A stretch of DNA of 64,000 bases from Hemiscyllium ocellatum (taxonomy: Eukaryota), in assembly GCF_020745735.1 (NCBI RefSeq), contig NC_083409.1:20904098-20968097 (forward strand). Reading direction: 5' to 3'. The notes under the pieces are model-generated. The model saw nothing but the letters and a program-made list of their open reading frames with translations, made no database searches and was not told the origin of the DNA. The position numbers were made by a program, and so were the translations under genes. Within the stretch, counting starts at the first letter, position 1, and each line of letters opens with the position of its first letter. This document shows positions 24,270 through 35,603 of the stretch, piece by piece.

Positions 24270-27200
24270 CAGCAAAAAGTACAGGCAAGCTCAAATAAAG
24301 TCATTTTAATTTAGTATTACAGCAGTCGAGATGGCAGTTAGTCCAGTTCCTCCTGTGGGATGTTGGAGCTCCGGGAGATTTCCACCGTCCCTGATGACTA
24401 CATGTGTGGAAATTGCACCTGTCTACAGCTCCTGGGCGACGACGCTTGGGAGTTGGAGCTGGATATATTCAGGATCATGGGAGATGCTATGAACTTCAGA
24501 GATAAGTGCTTTAGTGTGGTGGTCTCGCCAAAGACCCGCCCCTAGCCATGTTTCTATAATGACTATAATGGCCCAGTCCCACATGAAGATGCACGCCCTG
24601 ATTTCATCAACCTTACCTGTCAGCCCTGATGCGTTTAAAAAAAAACAAAACTTAATTCAATGCCAGTCCTTTCTCCCTGTCGTGTCCCAGGCAGAGAGTC
24701 TGTTTGGAATGGGAAAGGGAGTAGGCAGAGAGTGCAGCAATCCCCTATGGTCATTCCTCTCGAAAACACGTAAACTATTTTAAATACTATTGGGGGGAAT
24801 GTCCGTTCAAGGGAATGCAGCAGTGGCCATTTTGGTGGCAATACCACTGACTCTGGGGCACAGCGGGAAAGGGTAAATATAAACAGGGTCTTCGAGATAA
24901 AGAGTCGATTGTTGGAGGAACGGATTGGAGATTTTGGGGCCTCAAACGGGAATCCAGCAAAGTGTGTTACCTCACAGGTGTCAGCGTCCAGGAAGATTCT
25001 GGGCGTCTGCAGAACGTTGTCAAGTGGGAGAGTGAGCAGCCAGAAGTCATTGGTATAAATGATACAGGTAGAAACAGGGGTAACGTCCGACAGAGTGATT
25101 ACAGAGAGCTAGGAGAAAAGTTCAAAACCAAGACTTCAAGTTGGTAATCTCCTGATTACTTCCTGTTTCATGAGGTCACGAAAGTAAGAATAGGAGGATA
25201 TGGCAGACATATGCATGACTAAAGAAATGGTGCAGGGGGTAGGGACTCAGATTTTTCGATCATTGGGGTCTTTCCTGTGACAGAGTTGAACTTTTGAAGA
25301 GGGGCATGTGGCACATACTCTGGAGGGCGGACCAATAATTTGGCGACCAGTTTTGCTGGTGTTCCAAGGGAAGGTTTAAACGAAATTGGCAGGGTGTGGG
25401 ATCCTCAAGAGCAGGAAAGCAAATGTGAGGCTGGAAGGAGATACAGTAATCAGAAACAGTAAGTGAAGAGATGGGTCAGGCTGGAATACGACAGGGAGCA
25501 AGGAATGCCAGCTGGATTTATTTCAATGCCACAGAGCTGACAGGTAAGGCCAATGAACTCAGGGCATGGATAGGTAGGCGGGATTGGGATTTGATAGCCA
25601 TTACAGAAACATGGCTAAGGGAGAGACAGGACTGGTAGCTTAATGTGCCAGGGTTTATCTGCTTTAGGCAGGACCGCGACCGTGAAAGGAGGGGAGGGGG
25701 AATTGCATTTCTGATGAAGTGAAGTATCACAGCAGTAATGAGAATTGAAATAACTGAAGGATCAAACAGCAAGGATTTATGGATGGAGCTAATAAAAAGG
25801 AAGGGGAATGGTGATGTTCTAGGGGTTGTACTATAGGTTCTCAAATAGTCAACAGGAATTAAAGTAACAAATATACTTGCAGAGAGGTAGGGCATGCAGG
25901 AGCAAAAAGATTGTCATAATTGGGGATTTTAATTTTTATAACATAAACTGGGACTACCAGAACATTACGTGGTAAGGTGGGCTCAAATCCATTAAATGTG
26001 CCAAGAAAACGTCCTCAAGCAGTATATAGAGGGGCCTATTCGTGAAGGGGCAAAATTCGACCGACCCGTTGGAAATATGATAGAACAGGTGATCGAGGTG
26101 ACAGTGGGGGAGCACTTTGGAACCAGTGACCGTAGTTCTATTTATTTTCACGTAGTTATAGAGAGCGACAAAACTGGTCCACAGCTTCAAGTTCTAAATT
26201 GAGGCAAAACCAATGTATATGGAAGTACTTAGCAGTTTGGAGGGGTTTGGCTGAATAGTTTGTTTGACGGCAAAGGGACTGCTGGCATGTGGGTGGCCTT
26301 TGAACGTGAGATACTAGAGGTTAAGGTCTATTTGTTACTGAGGGGGTGAAAGGAAAATTGGCACAAATGGGGAACCCTGAATGACAAGAGATATTTAGGC
26401 TTTGACCTAAATAGGCAGCTCAATTATATGTAGCTGAGATCAAGTGAATCCCTGGAGGTATACAAGGGATCCAGGAATTTACTGAAGAAGGAAATTAGTA
26501 GGGCAAAAAGGGGGCATGAAAGAACCTTGGCTGAGAAGATTAGAATGAATCCAAAAAGGTACTTTAAGTATATTATAGGAAAAATAATAAATAGTAAGAA
26601 AATAGGACACCTCAAAGACCAAAGTGGACATGTATGTGTGGAACCATAATAGATTGGAGAAGTCCTCAACGAATATTTCTCCTCTGTGTTTAACATGGAG
26701 AAATGATTGAATACTTAGGAACTTGACGAAGTTCGTGCTGATTTCTTAGGGATAGTCCATTTCACAGCAGATGAGGTACTGGACGTACTAGAATGCTTGA
26801 GTTTGGATAAACCTTAAGATATATCCAAGAACACAGTCAGGGGCCAGAGAAGAATTTATGGGGGACCTGGCTGATAAGTTTGATCATCATTAACCACAGT
26901 TAAGATCCAGGAAGACTGGAGTTTAGCAACTATTGTGACCTTGTTTAAGAAGGACTGACGGAAAAAGCCTTCGAACTATGAACCAGTAAGTTTAACATCT
27001 GTGGGTAGGTACGTTACTTGAGAAAGTTCTGAAGGATAAGACGTACATTAATTTCAAAAGACAATATTTGATTAGAAATATTGAGCATGGCTTTGTGTGT
27101 GGGAGATCATGCTTGACAACTTTCTTAAAGCTATTTGATGACATGACCAGGAAGGTTGACTAGGCGGTAGACGTCAAAAAGTATGGCGCTGGAAAAGCAC

Positions 27201-27420
27201 AGCAGGTCAGGAAGGAACAACAGAATCGATATTTCAGGCATACGCCCTTCATCACGAATGTCCAAAACATCTATTATCCTGTCCCTCGGATTTTGCCTAA
27301 CCTGCCATGCTTTTGCAGTGCCACACTTGTCGAATCTGATCTCCAGAATTTGCAGTTCTCACTTTCTCCTCGGGTAGTCGATTTAGTCTATATGGATTTC
27401 AGTTACACCAGGACAAAATA
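24270..27420 (+). mobile_element. CR1 LINE 5' half: ORF1 (Cys motif, SGNH-esterase-like part) plus ORF2 endonuclease to RT start, decayed
   Basis: VPDDYMCGNC..LQLL..ELELD; esterase-like segment 24890-25200; endonuclease YFNA...AITETW and GDFN; RT EDW..A.IV.LFKKD. Confidence 0.85.
27175..27370. mobile_element. Head-to-head inverted pair of Penelope-like tails inserted in CR1
   Basis: gctggaaaagcacagcaggtcagg (minus copy) mirrored by cctaacctgccatgcttttgcag (plus copy). CR1 text resumes at ggtagtcgatttagtctatatggatttc. Confidence 0.7.
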
Positions 27421-27603
27421 AGGATTTGCAGCCCCTGGAGCCTAACATACAGTTGCAGGAGGAGGCCAATCAGCCCTTCGAGATTATTAGAGAGGAGATC
27501 ATGCAGCATCAGTATCCTGTTATGCAGCAACAGAATCAGTTTATTCAGCTACTTCAGGTCAGTAACACAGGAAATGGAACAGACCACAAACTGACTGTAC
27601 TCT

Positions 27604-27915
27604 GCACGGTGGCACAGTGGTTAGCACTGTTGCCTCACAGCGCCTGAGACCCGGGTTCAATTCCCGACTCAGGCGACTGACTGTGTGGAGTTTGCACGTT
27701 CTCCCAGTGTCTGCGTGGGTTTCCTCCGGGTGCTCCGGTTTCCTCCCACAGTCCAAAGATGTGCGGGTCAGGTGAATTGGCCATGCTAAATTGCCCGTAG
27801 TGTTAGGTAAGGGGTAAATGTAGGGGTATGGGTGGGTTGCGCTTTGGCGGGTCGGTGTGGACTTGTTGGGCCGAAGGGCCTGTTTACACACTGTAAGTAA
27901 TCTAATCTAATCTAA
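27604..27915 (+). mobile_element. HE1-type SINE, young full-length copy
   Basis: Complete head, core and (AATCT)n tail; nearly identical to 31653-31960. Confidence 0.93.
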
Positions 27916-28639
27916 CCCTGGAATAACACGAGGATATTTAGCCCTCAAGCCTGCCCTTCCCTTCAGTAATGTCAGGGATGATCTGCTGGCTGCGGAAATT
28001 TCTCTTTCATGCAAATTCGTTGTAGCATTCGACTCTCCCAAAATCCATTCACAAACATTTCAGTGATGCAGCTGTCTGGGATAGAGATGCCCCAACAGTC
28101 ACTATCCTCTCAGAAAAGGAAACACACCCCACACATATAACTTGGCCTATTGACATGAACAAAAGATATGAACACAGCGTCAGAGTGACTGGTCCTGACA
28201 TTACTAAAAGATTTGACTGAGCAATGTGTCAAAGGGTTTGAACAAGATTCGTACTTAATGGGAATCAAGAGTAATCTTCCCTCTGGTTGGGTCATTCAGA
28301 ACACAATGTAGCTGTTGGACATCAATCCACTCAGTCCCTGGATTTCTCTGCGGGTGATCAGCAGGGTAGCTTCCTTGGCATGAACATTTTCAGCTGATTC
28401 ATTTCTGTCATTTGACCAGAAGTGAAGAAGTTCAGTGAAGATCACATAAAGCATTAGAACCTGGACAATATTAAAGCTCATGCTGTTAACGTGCAGGTAA
28501 CATTCGTGTGGTCGCATTGCTGGACAATGCACATTTCCACAGCATAGAAAGAGGAGGTCATTCAGGTTGGTTTCACTGGAATGTGAGAAAGCCACTCAGC
28601 TCATCGAAACAAAGCGTTCACTCTCTCTTGCTTCTTACA

Positions 28640-29260
28640 CAAGAAGAGATGTTTTTAAAAATCTGCAAATGTTGGATTTCAAAGTAGAGGAAGGAAGCTG
28701 GAACAACAAAACAAGAGAGGCAGCTTATAAAGGTGAGAAGTCAGCGCCTTGGGTAAAAGCCTTCTTCCAGACTGAGAGTGAGGGGTAGGGGAGTCTACGT
28801 TTAAAGAGGCGGGGTGGGGGAGGAGGAGGAGGCATGGTAGTGAGGTGGGTACAGGTGAACAGAGGTAGAGGGTATGACCGGGTTGGTCCATAGGAGGAAT
28901 GAATCAAGTTGGCAGTTGGCAGATGGGCTGATCAGAGGAATGGATGGGAGTAAGAGGGGCTGGGAATGTATTTGGGGGATTGGAAGGGCAGTTATTTGAG
29001 ATTGGGGAAATCAATGTTGAGTCTCTCGGGCTGTAGGCTGCCAATTTGCAGTTTGTTTCATTGTGGCAATGGAGGAAGACAAGGGTGGCAACATTGGAAA
29101 GGGCGTGGGAGGGAGAATTGAATTAGGCAGTGACTGATAGGTCATGTCAGCCCTTACAGGCCCAACTGAGATGCTCAGCAAAACATTCCCTTAGTTTACA
29201 TTTGATCTCCGTGATGCGAAGAAGACCTCACCGGGAGCACCAGATACAGTGAACTGGGTT
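28640..29260 (-). mobile_element. Penelope-like fragment (minus arm of an inverted pair)
   Basis: Reverse strand reads VHCIWCSR*GLLRITEIKCKLRECFAEH, followed by the tail. Confidence 0.75.
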
Positions 29261-29264
29261 GGAT

Positions 29265-30090
29265 CCCACCGCCTGGCACATGTTCCACAAGAATCATTCC
29301 CTTCACTAATCTTTGGTTCGTTCCACACTCTTCACCAAATCCTCCAACCCCCACTGGCACTGCCGCTGCAAACAGAAAAGGTGCATTACCCGCTTGCACA
29401 CCACCTCCCTCACATCCATCCAGCGCCCCAAACAGTCCTTCCGGTTGAAACTGAGGTTCACCTGCCTTTTTTCGAACCTAGTTTACTGCATCAGGTACTC
29501 CCAATATGGTCTTCTCTATATTAGGGAGACGAAACGTAAACTAAGGGTACATTTCTCTGCGCATCACAGCTGGGCACAAAAGGGCCGACCTGACATCCCA
29601 GTCACCATCCATTTCAATTCAACTTCTCAATCCCTTTCCAACATGACTATCGTCGGCCTCCTCTGTTGCCACTGTGAGTCAGACCGCAAATTGGAGGGAC
29701 AACACCTTATCTTCTGCCTGGGCAGCCTACTGCCTTGAGGACTCAACATTGAGTTCTCCAATTTTTGATAAACTTCCCAGCCATTCCCCTGCTTCCTTTC
29801 CAGCCGCTCCCCTCTCTTTTTTTCCTCCGAACGACCCTGCCTTCCAGCTACCAACCGGATTCATTTCTCCCATTGACCAAGCAGGTTGCATTCACTACTT
29901 ATGTCTAACAGTCTCTACCTCATCATCCCGCTGCTGTCCCCAGCCTAACCTCTCCGTCCCTCTATATCTGCAGATCCCTCTACCTCCACCCACAGTCCTG
30001 AAGATCGGTTATACCTGAAATATTGACTTCTCTATCTCCTGATGTTGCCTGATTTGCCGTGTTCTTCCAGCCTCCTGTTTGTCTATTATT
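29265..30090 (+). mobile_element. Penelope-like fragment (plus arm): GIY-YIG plus tail
   Basis: ORF 29313-29738: LVYCIRYSQYGLLYIRETKRKL and EGQHLIFCLGSLLP. Degenerate hammerhead near 29997-30025. Confidence 0.85.
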
Positions 30091-30689
30091 ACACAGGAAG
30101 ATAAGGAGTCCAGTCAGCACAATACCCTGGTAAGCAAGAAACATGGATTTCCCAATAATGACCCTCTTAACTGGGACCAGAAGGAGGACATTCAGCCCCT
30201 CCAAACTGTTATACTGCAATAGGAGGATGTCATTAATACTGCAACACGAAAAACCAATGAAGCACAGACTAGTCCATGTTGTCCGTAATGGCCCCATTGC
30301 TAATGGTACATAGGTGTTATATTAACATGGTTTGCTGATGGTAAGGAGGCACAGCGGATGGTTTGTACAAAGTCTCAGGCAGGCATGTTCCATCTCCGAG
30401 AAGACAGGCTAGTGTTCTGCATGAAGATCAAAAATTGTTGGGAATGGCCAATTCTATCAGAGTGTGACTACTGGCAGGTTTGAGAAAAATGTGATGTTCA
30501 GTGCAGGGTCTCACCGCAACTATACATCGAGATTCTGAGTTTATTCAGAACCTGGAGCTCTCTCGCAACCAATATGGGGGCTCCACAGAGATATGTAAAC
30601 TTTCATAGATTCATATAATCCTTCAGCATGGAGACAGGCCCTTCAGCCTAGCTGGTCTATGCCGAACAATATGTCCATCTATGCTAAAA

Positions 30690-31360
30690 CCATTACTTAG
30701 AGAGACACCTACAGACATCACAGAGTAAAGTAATCACACTCAGTGAGACACCGACGATCAGAACAGAACAACATACACACAGAGAGCTCGACAGCACCGA
30801 GTAACATGCTCACACTCCATGCTGCCTGTAGGTGTCTCTCTGAGCGTGAGCAGGTTACGCAGTGCTGCCAGTCAGTGTCTCTCCTCAGGCAGCTGAGGAA
30901 ATTTGGCCATCTCAATGACCTGCCATCTCAGACTGAATCAGCTGAACTGTTTTTCATTCATGATTTGAGAAGACTAAAGCCGAATCTTTAATCTCCAGCA
31001 CAAAGCTCATTCTGTATCCACCGCTAAGAGGCAAATACCTCAGAGAGACACCGACAGGCTGCACTAAGTAACACACACAGTCAGAGAGACAGGCAGCACT
31101 GTGTAAAATACGCACACTCCACGCTGCCTGTAGGTGTGTCTCTTAGTGTGTGCATAGCACTGTGTAAAATGCTCACACTCCATGCTGCCTGTAGGTGTGT
31201 CTCTGAGTGTGAGCATGTTATTCAGTGCTGTCTGGAGGTGTCTGTCTGTGTAACAAACTCACACACACACACACACACTCATACTCATACTCATACCTCA
31301 AAGAGACATGTACAAGCAGCATTAAGTAATACACTCATACTTACAGAAACGGACAGCCTG
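30690..31360. repeat. Local repeat cluster with three copies of a ~50-bp hairpin-forming unit
   Basis: (at)gctcacactc-catgctgcctgtaggtgtgtctct-gagtgtgagc(at) near 30806, 31108 and 31169, plus cagagagacacc units and a CA tract at 31259-31290. Confidence 0.8.
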
Positions 31361-31652
31361 CAGGATCTGTGATAGGCTGAACATCATTTCAGGTGCTCCC
31401 AGGCTTACAACAGAGAGTGCACAGTGCAAACCCACCAGATGTGTCTGGACCAACAGAGTGAGGAGGGAATGCCTCAGATTGTAAGTATTGAGTCTCAACA
31501 GCTTTCAGTTTCTGTTCTGTTTGCAAAATTGACAGAATTCCAGATCAAATGGATCATTTAAAAGTGATTGCTGATTGTCTGTCAGTATCACATAGAACAG
31601 ACATGTAATTGATTGACAGGCAAAGTAGCCAATTGTGACAATGACCTGGTGA

Positions 31653-31960
31653 GGGGCGGCACGGTGGCACAGTGGTTAGCACTGCTGCCTCACAGCACCA
31701 GAGACCCGGGTTCAATTCCCACCTCAGGTGACTGACTGTGTGGAGTTTGCACGTTCTCCCCGTGTCTGCGTGGGTTTTCTCCGGGTGCTCCGGTTTCCTC
31801 CCACAGTCCAAAGATGTGCGGGTCAGGTGAATTGGCCATGCTAAATTGCCCGTAGTGTTAGGTAAGGGGTAAATGTAGGGGTATGGGTGGGTTGCGGGTC
31901 GGTGTGGACTTGTTGGGCCGAAGGGCCTGTTTCCACACTGTAAGTAATCTAATCTAAAAA
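31653..31960 (+). mobile_element. HE1-type SINE, young full-length copy
   Basis: ggggcggcacggtggcacagtggttagcactg ... taagtaatctaatctaa. Confidence 0.93.
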
Positions 31961-32439
31961 AATGCAGCCAATCAGTTCAGGGCAGCAGTCCATTTCCAAT
32001 GTACACAGCGGCAGGGGCCGTGGAGGGGTTCGTTAGGGCCGACTGCCTGCCCCTCTTCGGCGGTTACATTAGAGCCCGGGAGAAGGAGCACGGTGTCCAC
32101 CAACACCCTGGAGTTGTTCAGGGAGACGTGGGCACCGCAGGGAATGGAGTGCATCATTTCCCCCTCCAACTCTATTTTGATTTAGTCCCTGCCCTCCCCT
32201 TCACACAGCATTGCCCTTTGATGTGAAGGGCACTGCTTGTCACAGGCCACTCGGGTGTTTTCCTTGTCAGGAGTTGGACCAGTGGCAGTGTGTGCCTGAA
32301 AAAGGAGAAGAAGGAGAAGAAGAAAGAAGGAGAAAGAGAAGTACAAGAAGGAGGTGGAGGAAGGAGGTGAGAGCTTTGTGTTCTGGGCCTAGCTTTGGAG
32401 CTGCAGTGGGGCCCACTCCCACTGCTGGTCTCTGGGACC

Positions 32440-33330
32440 CTGCCTGGGCCTGCCTCCACCACCGCAGCCTGGGACTCGCCTGAGGCCCCTTCCCACAACC
32501 TCCACCACTGGTGTGACCTGAGGCCTACCTCCACTGCTGCTGCCTGGGACTTGCTTGGGAGTCCCTCCACTGCTGGGACGAAGGGCCAGCCTGGGACTCG
32601 CCAGAGGCCTGCCTCAACTGCTGCCGCAGCCAGAGGCCTGCCTCCACCAGCGCTGCCTGGGACTCGCCTGAGGCCCCTTCCCACAACCTCCACCGCTGCT
32701 GCGACCTGCGGCCTACCTCCACCACTGCTGCCTGGAACTCGCCTGGGAGTCCCTCCCCAAAAGGTCTGCCTCTACTGTTGGGACCAAGGGCCAGCCTGGG
32801 ACTCGCTAGAAGCCTGCCTCGACTGCTGCTGCCTGAGGCCTACCTCCACCACCGCAGCCTGGGACTCAGCTGAGGCCCCTTCCCCACAACCTCCACCACT
32901 GCTGCGGCCTGCCTCGACCGCCGCGGCCTGGGACTTACCTGGGAGTCCCTCCCCAACCGAGGGCCAGCCTGGGACTCGACAGAGGCTGCCTCAACTGCTG
33001 TTGCCTGAGGCCTGCCTCCACCACCGCAGCGTGGGACTCGCCTGAGGCCACTCCCCACAACCTCCACCACTGCTGCGACCCGAGGCCCACCTCCATCGCT
33101 GCTGCCCAGGACTCAGTTTTGGGGCTGCCTGGGACTTGTCTTGGGGACACACCCCAACATGCCTGCCCCCAACACTGCAATTGAGGGCCTGCCGAGGACT
33201 TGCCTGAGGCCTGCATCCACCACCGCTGCCTAGGACCTGCCTCGGGTGACTGGCCTTGGGCACCTCCCCAAGGACTCCACCGCTACTACTGCCAGAGGCC
33301 CACCTCCACCGCTGCTGCCGGGGGCCGACG
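32440..33330 (+). repeat. Tandem imperfect monomers in the B1 5'UTR
   Basis: Recurring gcctgggactcgcc(t/a)gaggcc...cctccacc(a/g)ctgc units; homologous array at 40440-41130. Confidence 0.85.
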
Positions 33331-33334
33331 GAGT

Positions 33335-35469
33335 ATGGCGAGCCCGAAGGTCGCAGGGCCCAGCCGGACCTACGCCGGGGTAGCCACTGCCTTAGGCTCG
33401 GCTGCCCCAACCCCGGCCGCAACTGCATCCCCCTTCAGGCACCTGACCAAACGCCTGGGGGGTAAAGGCCTATCCCCATCCCAACATGACCATCGAGGCC
33501 TGCAGTAAGGCCATGGCTAGTGTGGTCGGCCCACTGGCCATCGTCGCTGCGGCCCGCATGTACGGGAAGGCCGTATTCTTTCTTAAAACCGAGCAGGCGG
33601 TCCACCTGGCCGTGGAGAGGGGGCTCTCTGTGGGCGGGACACATTTGCCCGTCGACCCTTTGGAGGTCACGGCCCAGAGGGTTGTAATCTCCAACGTCCC
33701 GCCCTTTATTGCCAGTGAGCTCCTTCTTCCCCACCTCAACACCTTGGGGGAGATCCGGTCAGGTGTTCAACCGCTCCTGCTCGGTCTTAAGGACCCCGCC
33801 CTCCGTCACGTATACTTCTTCTGACGCCAGGTGTTTATTTGCTTGGCCCGGGAGGAGGTCACGGAGGGCTCGTTCACTGTCCTCCACGAGGTCGCGGCAT
33901 ACTGCGCCTTCTGGATGGCGGACGGCGTGCGGTGCCACCTGTGCCGCGAGGTGGGGCATATTAGAAAAAACTGCCCCACCCCGAAGGCTGCCCAGCCCAC
34001 ACCAACGGCTGCGGTTGGTGCTGCCGCACCCACTCCCCCTCCCCCAAAGTCAACACCAAAAGCCCCAGCACCGGGGGCTAAGCCGGAGGCTCCCAATGCA
34101 TCAGCCTCTGGCAGGGAGGGGGGTGAGCGTCCGACGGGACAGAAGGCGCTCAGGAAGACGCAACGCGTCAAGCCCGCCCACGAGGAGACCACCCTATCCC
34201 CATCCCCATCCCCTTCCCGTCCCCCTTCCCCTCCATGTAGCCCACGTCCTTCCCTGCCCCGGCACGACAATGCTCCTGCGGCCGTGCCAGCGTCGCCCCT
34301 GCGCGGGAACCCTGACCCCTGAACCCCCAAACCCGTACCTTATCCCGGTCCCACTGACCCTGACCCCGACCCCAACCCCCACCTCGTTACAGGAACACCT
34401 GGGGATTCAACCCCTCCTCCGGAAACCGAGCCACGCCCCGCCCCACCCCACCCCACCCAGCCATCCCCTGGCACTAACCTCGGGGGAACCACCGCTGCTC
34501 TACTTCCTGCAGTGACCGTGTCTCTGGGCCCTGGAGAGGAAACTGGGCCCCTGCCCCGCCCGCCATCACCTGATAAACCAGGGGCGGGGCAGGAAGTGAC
34601 ACGGCTGACCCTCCCCACATTGGCCATGCCCTCTGCCTTCCCCCAGCCAAACGTATTCCGGGAAAGGCTGGGTGGAGGGACCTCGGGCCCCATGACCACC
34701 AAGGCGGGCGGGGAGGGGAAGACCCATAAATTCCCCGTCACTCTGGGGAAAAGGCGCTGGCCCTTGGGGAGGGTGCCTCCCCACTGTCCTGCACCATGGC
34801 CCGACCTGCCTAAACCCCCAGGGGCGACAGCCGGGCCTTCCACCGCCATAACTCCTCCAGCCCCTGGGGAGGATTTTAATAACAACACGGGTCATGGTGC
34901 AGATGACAGTCTTGTATTCTCTGCTGGGTCGTCGAGCGGTGGAGGCGACCAGACTGTTTTTCCGGGGGCCTTGGCCCTGGGGGAGGACCTTTTCCCCGAG
35001 GAGATGGGCGTCCCTGTGTCGGGAGAGGAGCGGGGGCCCCGAGCCTCTGCCGCCCGGCGTCCCGAACTCGGGGTGTTCCGGGAAAGGGTGCGCCGAGGAA
35101 GGTACTGAAGGTGACCCTGGGGGTGGGGTCACTGGAGGTTTGAGGCCAGTTGGCGGTGCCGGACCAGCCCCCATCCTCTCGGTGGGGGAGGGGTCGGTGA
35201 CCGAAGGCGACCTCCCGGAGGAGGGTTCTGGATTGTTGGGGACACCAGGGACGACGTGGAGTCCGTCTCCAGTGAGATTTTTGAGTCCCAGGTGCCCCCC
35301 CACCGATCTCCCCCTCATCCCCCTCGAGGAACTCTGGGAATTTGTCGAGGAAACTCGGAGTTGCCGGGATAGAGCCCAACTGGCGCTCGACCACTGGAGC
35401 TCCTTTGAAAGAGTCTACTGGTCGGCCCACACTGCGCGCCAGGTGCCCGGACTTGACGCGAGTGACTGA
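33335..35469 (+). pseudogene. Tx1 ORF1 (gag-like, CCHC zinc knuckle, Pro-rich tail), disrupted
   Basis: MASPKVAGP... ATG at 33335; +1 frameshift in the G run near 33460; TGA at 33822-33824; CHLCREVGHIRKNC knuckle; VVISNVPPFI segment typical of Tx1 ORF1. The 3' end is uncertain. Confidence 0.85.
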
Positions 35470-35603
35470 AAGCGAGTCAGGAACTTCCTGGGAGCACTCC
35501 TGGTGAGGGAGAGGGACTTCTGTGCCCCTCTCTCATCCTCCCAGTAAAAATGTACTAGTTTTTGTTAACTGTTTACTGGTGGTGGTTGCACTATACTTCC
35601 GAC

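Noticed and set aside
28296-28595. ORF with a faint Ig-like phrase (ATLLIT)
   Set aside because: No correctly spaced Cys/Trp of an Ig domain in any frame I checked.
32172-33428. Overlapping Ala/Pro-rich ORFs on both strands
   Set aside because: They arise from GC-rich 5'UTR monomers upstream of the ORF1 ATG; frames are not conserved between B1 and B2.
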